Source: an uncultured delta proteobacterium (GTDB lineage Bacteria; Myxococcota; Myxococcia; Myxococcales; Myxococcaceae). Taken from it: 64,000 nt of DNA. Of the stretch, positions 10,639 through 18,709 are shown piece by piece. The notes beneath the pieces are model-generated. The model was not told the DNA's origin. It did not search any database and was given only the letters and a program-made list of their open reading frames with translations. Both the position numbers and the translations under genes were made by a program. The stretch lies in contig CAVQKE010000003.1 of assembly GCA_963713045.1 (NCBI GenBank), forward strand, positions 1,248,001 through 1,312,000, in the 5' to 3' direction. Positions within the stretch are counted from its first letter, which is position 1; every line of letters begins with the position of its first letter.

Positions 10639-11481
10639 TCAGCTCGCGAGGAGGGCGGAGAAAGCGGTGGCGAGAAGTACGGCCGAGAAGAGGAGGAGAT
10701 AGCAGCAGCCGACGCCGATGACTTTGGCCACCGTCACCCCCCAACCACTTTTGTAGACGCGCTTGAAGGCCAGCACCCCGTAGGCAGCCGTCCAGAGGAA
10801 GAAGACGGGCAAGAGGGCTGTCGACAGCAAGGTGAGCAGCCCGGCGGCGAAGACAAAGCTGTGCAAATGCAACGTGAAGACCAGGTGCTCAATGAAGTAG
10901 CGCTTCCACCAGAAGAGTTTGAAGAGGACCGCCGAGAGGGGCAGCAGCACGAAAACCATTTTGGGAACGAGGCCGGCAATTCTCAGCGAGAGGGCCTGGC
11001 GGGCAGCAGCGCCCCCGGGGCCTTCCAGGCGCTGGGTGCTGCTCTCAAACCGCTCGTCCAGCCAGCGGATGGGGAAGTGCCAGTGGGCCTTCTCTGGCTG
11101 TGCCACGGCACCGGGGACCGGGTCTGGGTCCACCTGCACTTTGAAGGCTTCGGTGGCCGGGACCCGAAGGGAAAACAGTGCGAAAAACAGGACGCTGACG
11201 GTGAGGTACAGCTTGAGCGGCCGGACAAAGCGCGTCCGTCGACCCGCGAGGTATTCGTTGGTGAGGGCCCCCGGGTACAGCAGGCGAGGCAAGGTCCTCC
11301 ACAGCTTGGTGTCGATGAGGGGGTGCTGAAAAAACTCCAGCGCCAAGTCCTTGAGGCTGCGCTTGAGCGGCTCGTCCTTTTGGCCGCACACTGCACAAAA
11401 CCGGCCCGTCAGTGGGGCGCCGCAGTCCAAACACATGGGTGGGGTAGCCGCGACGCTGGCGGCCGGAGCGGCCAGCGTCAC
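10639..11481 (-). CDS. DUF3667-like membrane protein with N-terminal zinc ribbon
   Basis: CxxCG..GRFCxxCGQ, PGALTNEYLAGRR.RFVRPLKLYL, several TMs, YFIEHLVF; GTG overlaps the upstream stop. Confidence 0.75.
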   Translation of the reverse strand: MTLAAPAASVAATPPMCLDCGAPLTGRFCAVCGQKDEPLKRSLKDLALEFFQHPLIDTKLWRTLPRLLYPGALTNEYLAGRRTRFVRPLKLYLTVSVLFFALFSLRVPATEAFKVQVDPDPVPGAVAQPEKAHWHFPIRWLDERFESSTQRLEGPGGAAARQALSLRIAGLVPKMVFVLLPLSAVLFKLFWWKRYFIEHLVFTLHLHSFVFAAGLLTLLSTALLPVFFLWTAAYGVLAFKRVYKSGWGVTVAKVIGVGCCYLLLFSAVLLATAFSALLAS

Positions 11482-13157
11482 TGCGTCTCCGGAAAGGCCA
11501 CTCCCCGCGCGTCCCCGGGCGCGTCGACGGCGTCGAGGGCGTCGAGACCACTTGCTGCCAGCCGCCGCGCCACCGCCACGCCTCTCCGGTTCCCGCGTGC
11601 GTCGAGAAGCCACTGGGCGTGCTCCACCACCAGCGCCAGGGAATAGGCCCGGCCGAGGGTGAGGGCAAAGGCCCGGGCCCCCGCCTCCACCAGGGAGAAT
11701 TCGTCGCCGGCGCGCGCTTTCAGCCACGCCGCCGCCCGGCGGGCGGCGTCGAGGGCCCTCACCCGCGGGCCCTGCAGCGCCGGGTGGGTGGCACGGGCCA
11801 TGCGGGCCTCGAGGTCTCGCAGCAGCGCGGCCAGCGCTTCGCCGCCGCCAATGGCGCGCAGCGTGTCCAGTGCCAGCACGTTGGTGGTGCCCTCCCAAAT
11901 GGGAAGCACCTGCGCATCCCGAAGCAGCACCGGCAGCCCGGTGTCCTCGATGTACCCGGCCCCACCGAAGGCCTCCAGCACCTCGCTGGCGTGGGCGACG
12001 GCGTGACGGGCCGTGTACAGCTTCAACACTGGCTGCAGCACACGCGCCAGAAGAAGCTCGTCGTCGCTACTGCCCTCGGTTTCCTCGCGCCCGAGAAGTT
12101 CCACCGCACGGAAGAGGAGATGGAAGCTGGACTCGAGCTCCGCCTGAAGCGCGGCCAACGTTTCCACGTGCAGCGGCTTTTCGGCCAGCGGGGTGCCGAA
12201 GGCCTCGCGCCGCCGTGCGTAGTCTCGCGCCAGGGCCATCCCCCGCCGCATGGAGGAGACGGAACAGACGGCATTCCATAGCCGCGTAATTTGAAGCATC
12301 GGGGTGATGGCCTTCACCCCTTCCTCGGTGCCGGCCACCAGCTCGGCCCGGGCGCTGGTGAGGTCCAACTCAGCGGTGGCCAGCATCCGCGTCCCGAGCT
12401 TGTCCTTCAGCCGGCGAATTTGGATGCCGTTGAGTCCGCCCTCAGGGGTGCGGGTTTCTAGGTAGAAGAGGGCCAGTCCCCGGCCACCGGGGGGGTTGCC
12501 TTCGGGACGGGCCAGGGTGAGGGCCATGTCCGAGGTGGCCGCCGAGGTGAACCACTTGCTGCCGTAGAGGCGCCACCCGCTGGGCTCGTGGCGAGCCTCG
12601 GTCTCGGTCCGGCCGACGTCCGAGCCTCCGGCGCGCTCCGTCATCCACTGCCCTGACGTCCAGGAAAGGTGCGGGTCCCGATTCGTCAGCCGGGGCACGG
12701 CTCGCTCCACCAGCCGGGTGGCCTGGTGGTGCAGCAGCGTCTTGGCCGCCCCGTCACTCATCGCCAGCGGGCAGGTGTAGACGCTCGAGGAGGGGGCAAA
12801 GAGGTAGAGGAGGGCAAACTGGTGCAGCCGCGACCACGGCCCCTGCGCCTTTTCATAGGGAATGCCGACGAGGCCCTGCTCGGCCGCCACCCGGGCATAT
12901 TCTTTCCACGCCGGCGGCACCCGAATCTCATCCACCCGGCGGCCCCAGGCGTCATAGGGCACAAGCACCGGCTCTTCCCCACGCGCGTGCTGGGCCAACT
13001 CAAAGAGGCGACCGGCGGCCAGGCCGCCCATTTCCACCAGCGATGGCTCAATCGCCCGCCGCACATCCTCCGGAAGGCGTCGGGCCAGAACCTCGCGCAG
13101 CAGCACGTCGTCGTCGTACTGGTTGCCCAACTGCGGAGGGCTTTGAAAAAACGTCAT
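11478..13157 (-). CDS. Acyl-CoA dehydrogenase, AidB-like subfamily
   Basis: CPLAMSDGA, GQWMTERAGGSDV, GSKWFTS, KLGTR, FGGAGYIED, IWEGTTNV. Confidence 0.9.
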   Translation of the reverse strand: MTFFQSPPQLGNQYDDDVLLREVLARRLPEDVRRAIEPSLVEMGGLAAGRLFELAQHARGEEPVLVPYDAWGRRVDEIRVPPAWKEYARVAAEQGLVGIPYEKAQGPWSRLHQFALLYLFAPSSSVYTCPLAMSDGAAKTLLHHQATRLVERAVPRLTNRDPHLSWTSGQWMTERAGGSDVGRTETEARHEPSGWRLYGSKWFTSAATSDMALTLARPEGNPPGGRGLALFYLETRTPEGGLNGIQIRRLKDKLGTRMLATAELDLTSARAELVAGTEEGVKAITPMLQITRLWNAVCSVSSMRRGMALARDYARRREAFGTPLAEKPLHVETLAALQAELESSFHLLFRAVELLGREETEGSSDDELLLARVLQPVLKLYTARHAVAHASEVLEAFGGAGYIEDTGLPVLLRDAQVLPIWEGTTNVLALDTLRAIGGGEALAALLRDLEARMARATHPALQGPRVRALDAARRAAAWLKARAGDEFSLVEAGARAFALTLGRAYSLALVVEHAQWLLDARGNRRGVAVARRLAASGLDALDAVDAPGDARGVAFPETQ

Positions 13158-14449
13158 CTCCGCAGGCCAGCGTACCAGCGCTCGCGCGTCCGCGGGACTG
13201 GGGCCCGCCCGTCGCCTCCCGGGTGGACCAGGAGGAGCTGGAAAACCGTAATCTCGGCGAGGCGAAAGGCCACGCTCGAGCTGGCCAGGTAGAGGCGCCA
13301 GGCCCGCGCGCGCTCGGCACCAACCAGCTGCACCGCCTCGTCAAAGCGGCGCTCCAGCCGGTGCAGCCAGTGCGCCAGCGTCTCGGCGTAGTGTTCGCGC
13401 AGCGACTCGAGGTCCCGGACTTCGAAGCCGGCCCGTTCCGCGGCCTCGGTGACGCGCGCCACTGGGATGAGCTCGCTGTCGGGAAAAATGTAGCGGCGGA
13501 TGAAGCCCCCCTCCGCCCGTGACAGCCAGGGAATGGTGTTGCGGGGGGTGGGCGTGGGCGCGATGGCGTGGTTGAGGAAGAGTCCGCCCGGACGGGTGGC
13601 TTGAAACATGGCCTCGAAATAGGCGTCCAGTCGCTCCGAGCCAACGTGCTCCATCATCCCGACACTGGCCACCTTGTCGAAGGGCGGCTCCCCGGAGAGC
13701 TGCCGGTAGTCGGCGGCCCGCACTTCCATGCGATGCGCGGGCAGCGCCGCCAAGCGCGCGCGTGCCTCGGCCAGCTGGTGCTCGCTGAGGGTAATTCCGA
13801 GTCCACCCACCCCATAGCCCTGCACCGCATGGCGAAGTAGCCCCCCCCAGCCGCAGCCGACGTCGAGCAGTCTTTCTTGGGGGTGGAGGTCCAATTTGCG
13901 GCAGATGAGTTCAAGCTTCGCCTCCTGCGCCGCCTCGAGGCTTTCCTCGCCGGTGGCAAAGAAGGCACAGGAGTAGACGAGGGAAGGCCCGAGGAAGAGA
14001 CGGTAGAAGTCGTCCGAAACGTCGTAGTGGTATTGCACCGCCGAGCGGTCTCTGGCTGGCGTGTGCCGGCGCCCGTGCAGGTTCGGCGCCAGCGTCGACT
14101 GCACCCGCTGCCACCAGCCGGCGGCCACCGCCGGCACCGTCTTCAGGGTGACGGGCGGCCCGGGCCAGCGGGCGGCGGCCTCCAGCACGCCCAGGGTGTC
14201 TCCCTCAATGTCGAGAATTCCCGCGGTGAAGGCCTCGGCGGCCCGCACTTCGCTCGCCGGCGGGGCAAGCACCTGGGCGGCCGCCGGACTCCGGAAGACG
14301 AGACGCCCCTTGGGCGCTCCGCCCTGGGCCGGAAGCACCGAGCCATCCCACAGCGCCACCTCGAAGCCGCGAGACGCAGGCCCGAAGAGAGTCCTCACCG
14401 CTGACGCCGGGTCACCCATGGCCACCCCCAACCAGCAGACACCCAACAT
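13154..14449 (-). CDS. cfa: Cyclopropane-fatty-acyl-phospholipid synthase family methyltransferase (start may be 14419)
   Basis: HYDVSDDFY, YSCAFF, LLDVGCGWGG, GITLS, VGMMEHVG, FIRRYIFP, HYAETL. Confidence 0.88.
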   Translation of the reverse strand: MLGVCWLGVAMGDPASAVRTLFGPASRGFEVALWDGSVLPAQGGAPKGRLVFRSPAAAQVLAPPASEVRAAEAFTAGILDIEGDTLGVLEAAARWPGPPVTLKTVPAVAAGWWQRVQSTLAPNLHGRRHTPARDRSAVQYHYDVSDDFYRLFLGPSLVYSCAFFATGEESLEAAQEAKLELICRKLDLHPQERLLDVGCGWGGLLRHAVQGYGVGGLGITLSEHQLAEARARLAALPAHRMEVRAADYRQLSGEPPFDKVASVGMMEHVGSERLDAYFEAMFQATRPGGLFLNHAIAPTPTPRNTIPWLSRAEGGFIRRYIFPDSELIPVARVTEAAERAGFEVRDLESLREHYAETLAHWLHRLERRFDEAVQLVGAERARAWRLYLASSSVAFRLAEITVFQLLLVHPGGDGRAPVPRTRERWYAGLRR

Positions 14450-14488
14450 GGCGAGCTTGCACAGGAAATGCAGCTCGTCAACACCCCC

Positions 14489-15121
14489 TTAACAGTGGGC
14501 CTTCTGGGGCCGGCGCGCCAGCCCGCGGATGGAGGGGCGGACGACGCCAGCCACCCGGCGGATGGACTCCCGCTGCACGCCCTCCAGCTGAAAGCCCATC
14601 TCCCCAATGGCCTCCTCGGTGTGGCGGGTGAGGTGGCAGTTGCCGGCCATCAGGCGCCAGGCGGGCTCCAAAAGGCGCTGCCAGCGGAGCCGACCGGGTT
14701 GCCCATCGGCCGCCACATGCTCCAAAAAGAGGAGGCAGCCGCCGGGGCGAAGAACGCGCCACACTTCCGCCAGAGAACGCCCCGGCGAGTCGACTGAGCA
14801 GAGCACCAGCATGCTGACGACGACGTCAAAAGCTCCGTCTGGAAGCGGGATGCTTTCAGCCGTCGCGTCGACGACGGTGACATCCGGCCGCTCGCCCACT
14901 TTGCGCTTCAGGCGGCTGCGCATGCTGGCGTCCGGTTCGGCGAGCACCAGCCGACGGACACCCGGGGGATAGTACGGAAGGCTAGCGCCGGTCCCCGCGC
15001 CAATCTCCAGGACGTCCCCGTGGGCCTCGGCCAGCAGCGCCCGCCGCCAGTCTCCGAGGCATGCCATTTCGGCCCGGGACAGGGTGCAGTCGTACAGCAA
15101 GGCGCCAAGCGGACCCCACAT
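14489..15121 (-). CDS. Class I SAM-dependent methyltransferase (Methyltransf_11-like)
   Basis: VLEIGAGTG, AESIPLPDGAFDVVV, LVLCSV, LRPGG..FLEHV. Confidence 0.88.
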   Translation of the reverse strand: MWGPLGALLYDCTLSRAEMACLGDWRRALLAEAHGDVLEIGAGTGASLPYYPPGVRRLVLAEPDASMRSRLKRKVGERPDVTVVDATAESIPLPDGAFDVVVSMLVLCSVDSPGRSLAEVWRVLRPGGCLLFLEHVAADGQPGRLRWQRLLEPAWRLMAGNCHLTRHTEEAIGEMGFQLEGVQRESIRRVAGVVRPSIRGLARRPQKAHC

Positions 15122-15231
15122 GGGAGGGGGAAATTAACCGACAGTGCGGGGCGTCGCACTGCTTCGGCGGTGAAGTTGAGGCCAAGGGGTTGGGCACGAC
15201 GCGCCGGGGCGTCTCGTTGTAGGAACGTCCC

Positions 15232-15819
15232 ATGGCCAACCCCATCCTCATCTGGCCCAACAAGGTGCTACAGCGGCCGACGGCCAAAGTCAGCGACTTC
15301 GGACCGGCCCTCGAGAAACTGCTCGGCGAGATGATGGACTCGCTGCGCGAGGCGGAGGGCATTGGCATTGCGGCCAACCAAATCGGCGTCTCGCTTCGAG
15401 TGGCCTGGGTGGGGCGCCCCGACGGGACGTTTTTCGAGATTGTGAACCCGGAGCTTCTCGAGACGTCCGAGCCGCTGACGCACGAAGAGGGCTGCCTCAG
15501 CGTCCCAGGGGAATTTGAACAGACGCCCCGCTTTCGCAAGGTGAAGGTGCGCTTCCAGGACCGCACCGGCGCTTGGCAGACCCTGGAGGCGGAGGACCGC
15601 CTGGCGCACGTCCTGCAGCACGAAATCGACCACCTGGAAGGGACGGTTTTTGTGAACCGGCTGTCCTCTCTCAAAAGGGACTTGCTCCGAAAGAAGATGC
15701 TCAAACTGCAGAAGCCCCCCTCCAAAGAGCGCGCCCACCCGCACCATGACCACCCCCACGGCGCTGAGCGCGCCGGCCGCACCCACCACCATGAGGACCA
15801 CGGCCGAGAGGACGACTGA
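15232..15819 (+). CDS. def: Peptide deformylase with His-rich C-terminal tail
   Basis: GIGIAANQ, EGCLS, QHEIDHLEG. Confidence 0.95.
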   Translation: MANPILIWPNKVLQRPTAKVSDFGPALEKLLGEMMDSLREAEGIGIAANQIGVSLRVAWVGRPDGTFFEIVNPELLETSEPLTHEEGCLSVPGEFEQTPRFRKVKVRFQDRTGAWQTLEAEDRLAHVLQHEIDHLEGTVFVNRLSSLKRDLLRKKMLKLQKPPSKERAHPHHDHPHGAERAGRTHHHEDHGREDD

Positions 15820-16062
15820 GGGACGTCGCTTCACGTCCTTGGGGCGGGAATTGTGCACCCCTGCCAAGTGAGGGGTTGTGACACAGGGCGGCATTGCCGT
15901 AAGGGGCCCCCAATTCAAACCCCATTCCCTACTTGCGTGACGGAGGACGACGGGGGAAAACCCTCGGCCCTTCCGCCGTTGGCAACCTACCTTGTCGGCG
16001 CTGCGGGACCAGTACACAACGCACGGCCTCCCAAGGGCGGGCCAATCCAAGGAAGACACTGC

Positions 16063-17556
16063 ATGCTTCGAAAACTCCCCGTCGTTCTTCTGTCCGCTGG
16101 CGCATTCGCGTTCAGCGCCTGTAGCAGCAGCACCCCCACCCCCGACGCCGGCTCGCAAATCAGCTGCACCGGCACGCCGCCGACGTGCACCATTCCGGCG
16201 GGTGTTTCGGGGACAGCCATCAACAGTGCCGTCGCCTCAGCCGTGGCCGGGACAACCTTCTCCTTCGCCGCGACGGACGCGCCCTTCGCGTTTAACAACA
16301 CCATGACCGTGCCGGGCGTCGCCAATTTGACATTCAAGGGCGCTGGGATGGGAACCACCGTCCTGGACTTCTCCGGCCAGACCGGCGGTGCCGACGGCAT
16401 CGACGCCACCCTTGGAAATACCAACATCAAATTCGAAGGCTTCACCCTGCAGAATTCCGCGGGCGACGGCATCAAGGTGGAGTCAGCGACCGGCGTGGTC
16501 TTCGAAGGCGTCCAGGTGCAGTGGACGAACAACCCCGACGGCGGCGTGCCCAACCACTACTCAAACGGCGCCTACGGCATCTACCCGGTGCAGAGTCAAA
16601 ACATCCTCATCGACAATTGCCAAGTGAGTGGCGCCCGCGACACCGGCATCTACGTCGGTCAGTCCTACACGATTGTGGTGAGCAACAACCACGTCTCCCA
16701 GAACGTCGCCGGCATCGAGATTGAGTCTTCGAACAGCGCGCTGGTGACTGGAAATGAGTCGATGAACAACGTGGCCGGCATTCTCATCTTCGGGCTCCCC
16801 AACCTGCAGCCGCCTCCGGACGCCGGCCAGCCGAACGACGGCACCTACTTCGTCACCGTGTCCAACAACAACATTCACGACAACAACATGATGAACTTCG
16901 CTGACCCGTCCGGCACTGTCGCCATCGTTCCGGGCGGCACCGGCTTCTTTGTGGCGGCGGCCAGCGACGTCGACGTCTTCGGCAACACCTTCACCAACAA
17001 TGGCACCCTGAGCTCCGTCGTCGTCAGCTACTGCCTCGGCTACCCGCAGTTTTGCGAGAATCCCACCGCCGGCAGTAACCCGACCGGCCTGGACCCGTTC
17101 CCACACAACGTCTTCTTCCACAGCAACACCTACAGCGGCAACGGCAGCAACCCGGTCCAGAACAACGGCTACGCGGACGGGGGCACCTACCCCAACCCGT
17201 TCGCCCAGCTCTTTGCCGCCCTGAGCGCCTATGGATCCTTTGGCACCGTCGGTGCCCCATTCCCCGACATCGGCTGGGACGGTATCGCCATCGAGCCCGC
17301 CTACACTCCGCCCCAGACGTCAAGTCAGGTGGGGACTCCTCCGAATCCCCAAGGCATCTGGCTTGAGAGCAACCACGACACCAACGCCGTCGGCGGCGCA
17401 GCCACGTGGACGAACCTCAACCTGCCGGTCATCGGCGCCGGCGGCACGTTGTCCGACCCGGGTGCGGTCAACCTCATCGCCGGTCCGTTCACCATCACCG
17501 ACGGAGGGCCGGCCGACTTCCCGCTGCCGCCCGTCGACGCAGGAGTGACTCCTTGA
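16063..17556 (+). CDS. Parallel beta-helix lipoprotein (TIGR03805-like)
   Basis: Lipobox FSAC; GDGIK, NGAYGIYPVQS, GARDTGIYVGQS, NVAGIEIE repeats; upstream of a diheme cytochrome. Confidence 0.8.
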   Translation: MLRKLPVVLLSAGAFAFSACSSSTPTPDAGSQISCTGTPPTCTIPAGVSGTAINSAVASAVAGTTFSFAATDAPFAFNNTMTVPGVANLTFKGAGMGTTVLDFSGQTGGADGIDATLGNTNIKFEGFTLQNSAGDGIKVESATGVVFEGVQVQWTNNPDGGVPNHYSNGAYGIYPVQSQNILIDNCQVSGARDTGIYVGQSYTIVVSNNHVSQNVAGIEIESSNSALVTGNESMNNVAGILIFGLPNLQPPPDAGQPNDGTYFVTVSNNNIHDNNMMNFADPSGTVAIVPGGTGFFVAAASDVDVFGNTFTNNGTLSSVVVSYCLGYPQFCENPTAGSNPTGLDPFPHNVFFHSNTYSGNGSNPVQNNGYADGGTYPNPFAQLFAALSAYGSFGTVGAPFPDIGWDGIAIEPAYTPPQTSSQVGTPPNPQGIWLESNHDTNAVGGAATWTNLNLPVIGAGGTLSDPGAVNLIAGPFTITDGGPADFPLPPVDAGVTP

Positions 17557-18635
17557 AAGTTGGGGTGTTGCGGTTTGTCGGGCTGGGCGTTGCGATGCTT
17601 TTCGGGGTGGGCTGCGGCAGTACCACCCCCAGCTGCACCCCCAAGTCCGGGGGGGCAACGCCCTTCGCAACCCTGGCCGAGTGGTGCCAGGTGTCATTGG
17701 CGAATGACGACATCTCGCCGGTGGCCGGCGTGACGCCCTACACCCTCAACACCCCACTCTTCAGTGACTACGCGGTGAAGCGCCGGACGGTGTTTGTGCC
17801 GTCCGGCGGCTCCGCCACCTACGACGCAACCAACGTCTTCGACTTTCCCGACGGGACGGTGTTCACCAAGTCCTTCGGCTTTGCCGATGACATGCGCAAA
17901 GCCCAGCCCCTCGTCACCTGGGTGGAAACCCGCGTCATTTGGAAGAACGCCGGCGTCTGGCAGGCCCTGGCCTACACCTGGGACAGCGAGCAGAAGACGG
18001 CCACCGCCGCCCCGGGGGGAGAAGTCATCCCCATCGCGTGGATTGATGCGAGCGGCAACCCCGTCAACATCAACTACCTGGTGCCGTCGTCTCCCCAGTG
18101 CGCGCAGTGTCACAACAGCAGCCTGGTGCTGCAGCCCATTGGCCCCAAGGCCCGCAACCTGAATGGCAATGAGACTTACCCGGACGGAACGACGCAGAAC
18201 CAGCTGACCTACTGGACCAGCAAGGGCCTCCTCAGCGGGACTCCGGCCAGCTCTCAATGGCCCTACCTGCCGGTGTGGAATGACCCCACCACCGGCAATC
18301 TGGACCAGCGGGCCCGCGCCTATTTAGAAAGCAACTGCGCCCATTGCCACAGCTCGACCGGCGAGGCCTTCACCACCGGACTCTTCCTCTCCTCGCTGGA
18401 GACGGACCCCACCACCTACGGCGTCTGCAAGCATCCGGTGGCCGCCGGTCCCGGCGGGGGTGGACGCCCGGTCGACATCTGGCCGGGAGACCCGAGCCAG
18501 TCCATCATCCCGTTCCGGATGGATTCGGACCAGCCGTCCATCGCCATGCCACAAATCGAGCGCAGTGTGGTGGACGCACAGGGGCTGCAACTGATTACGG
18601 ACTGGATTACGTCACTCACCGGCACCTGCGACTGA
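17553..18635 (+). CDS. SO2930-family diheme c-type cytochrome lipoprotein (TIGR03806-like)
   Basis: TTG start overlapping the upstream TGA with AGGAG RBS, lipobox VGC, YTLNTPLFSDYAVKRR, FPDGTVFTKSF, CAQCH and CAHCH, C-terminal MP. Confidence 0.82.
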   Translation: MKVGVLRFVGLGVAMLFGVGCGSTTPSCTPKSGGATPFATLAEWCQVSLANDDISPVAGVTPYTLNTPLFSDYAVKRRTVFVPSGGSATYDATNVFDFPDGTVFTKSFGFADDMRKAQPLVTWVETRVIWKNAGVWQALAYTWDSEQKTATAAPGGEVIPIAWIDASGNPVNINYLVPSSPQCAQCHNSSLVLQPIGPKARNLNGNETYPDGTTQNQLTYWTSKGLLSGTPASSQWPYLPVWNDPTTGNLDQRARAYLESNCAHCHSSTGEAFTTGLFLSSLETDPTTYGVCKHPVAAGPGGGGRPVDIWPGDPSQSIIPFRMDSDQPSIAMPQIERSVVDAQGLQLITDWITSLTGTCD

Positions 18636-18709
18636 CGACCACCCCTTCCGACGCGAGGCTTTTCCTTCCGGCGCGGGGGCAGTCCCACGCTACAGTCGGC
18701 TGACCCTGA

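Noticed and set aside
15979..15995. TGGCAAC...TTGT as a sigma-54 promoter for the beta-helix operon
   Set aside because: Spacing is off by one and the -12 GC is missing
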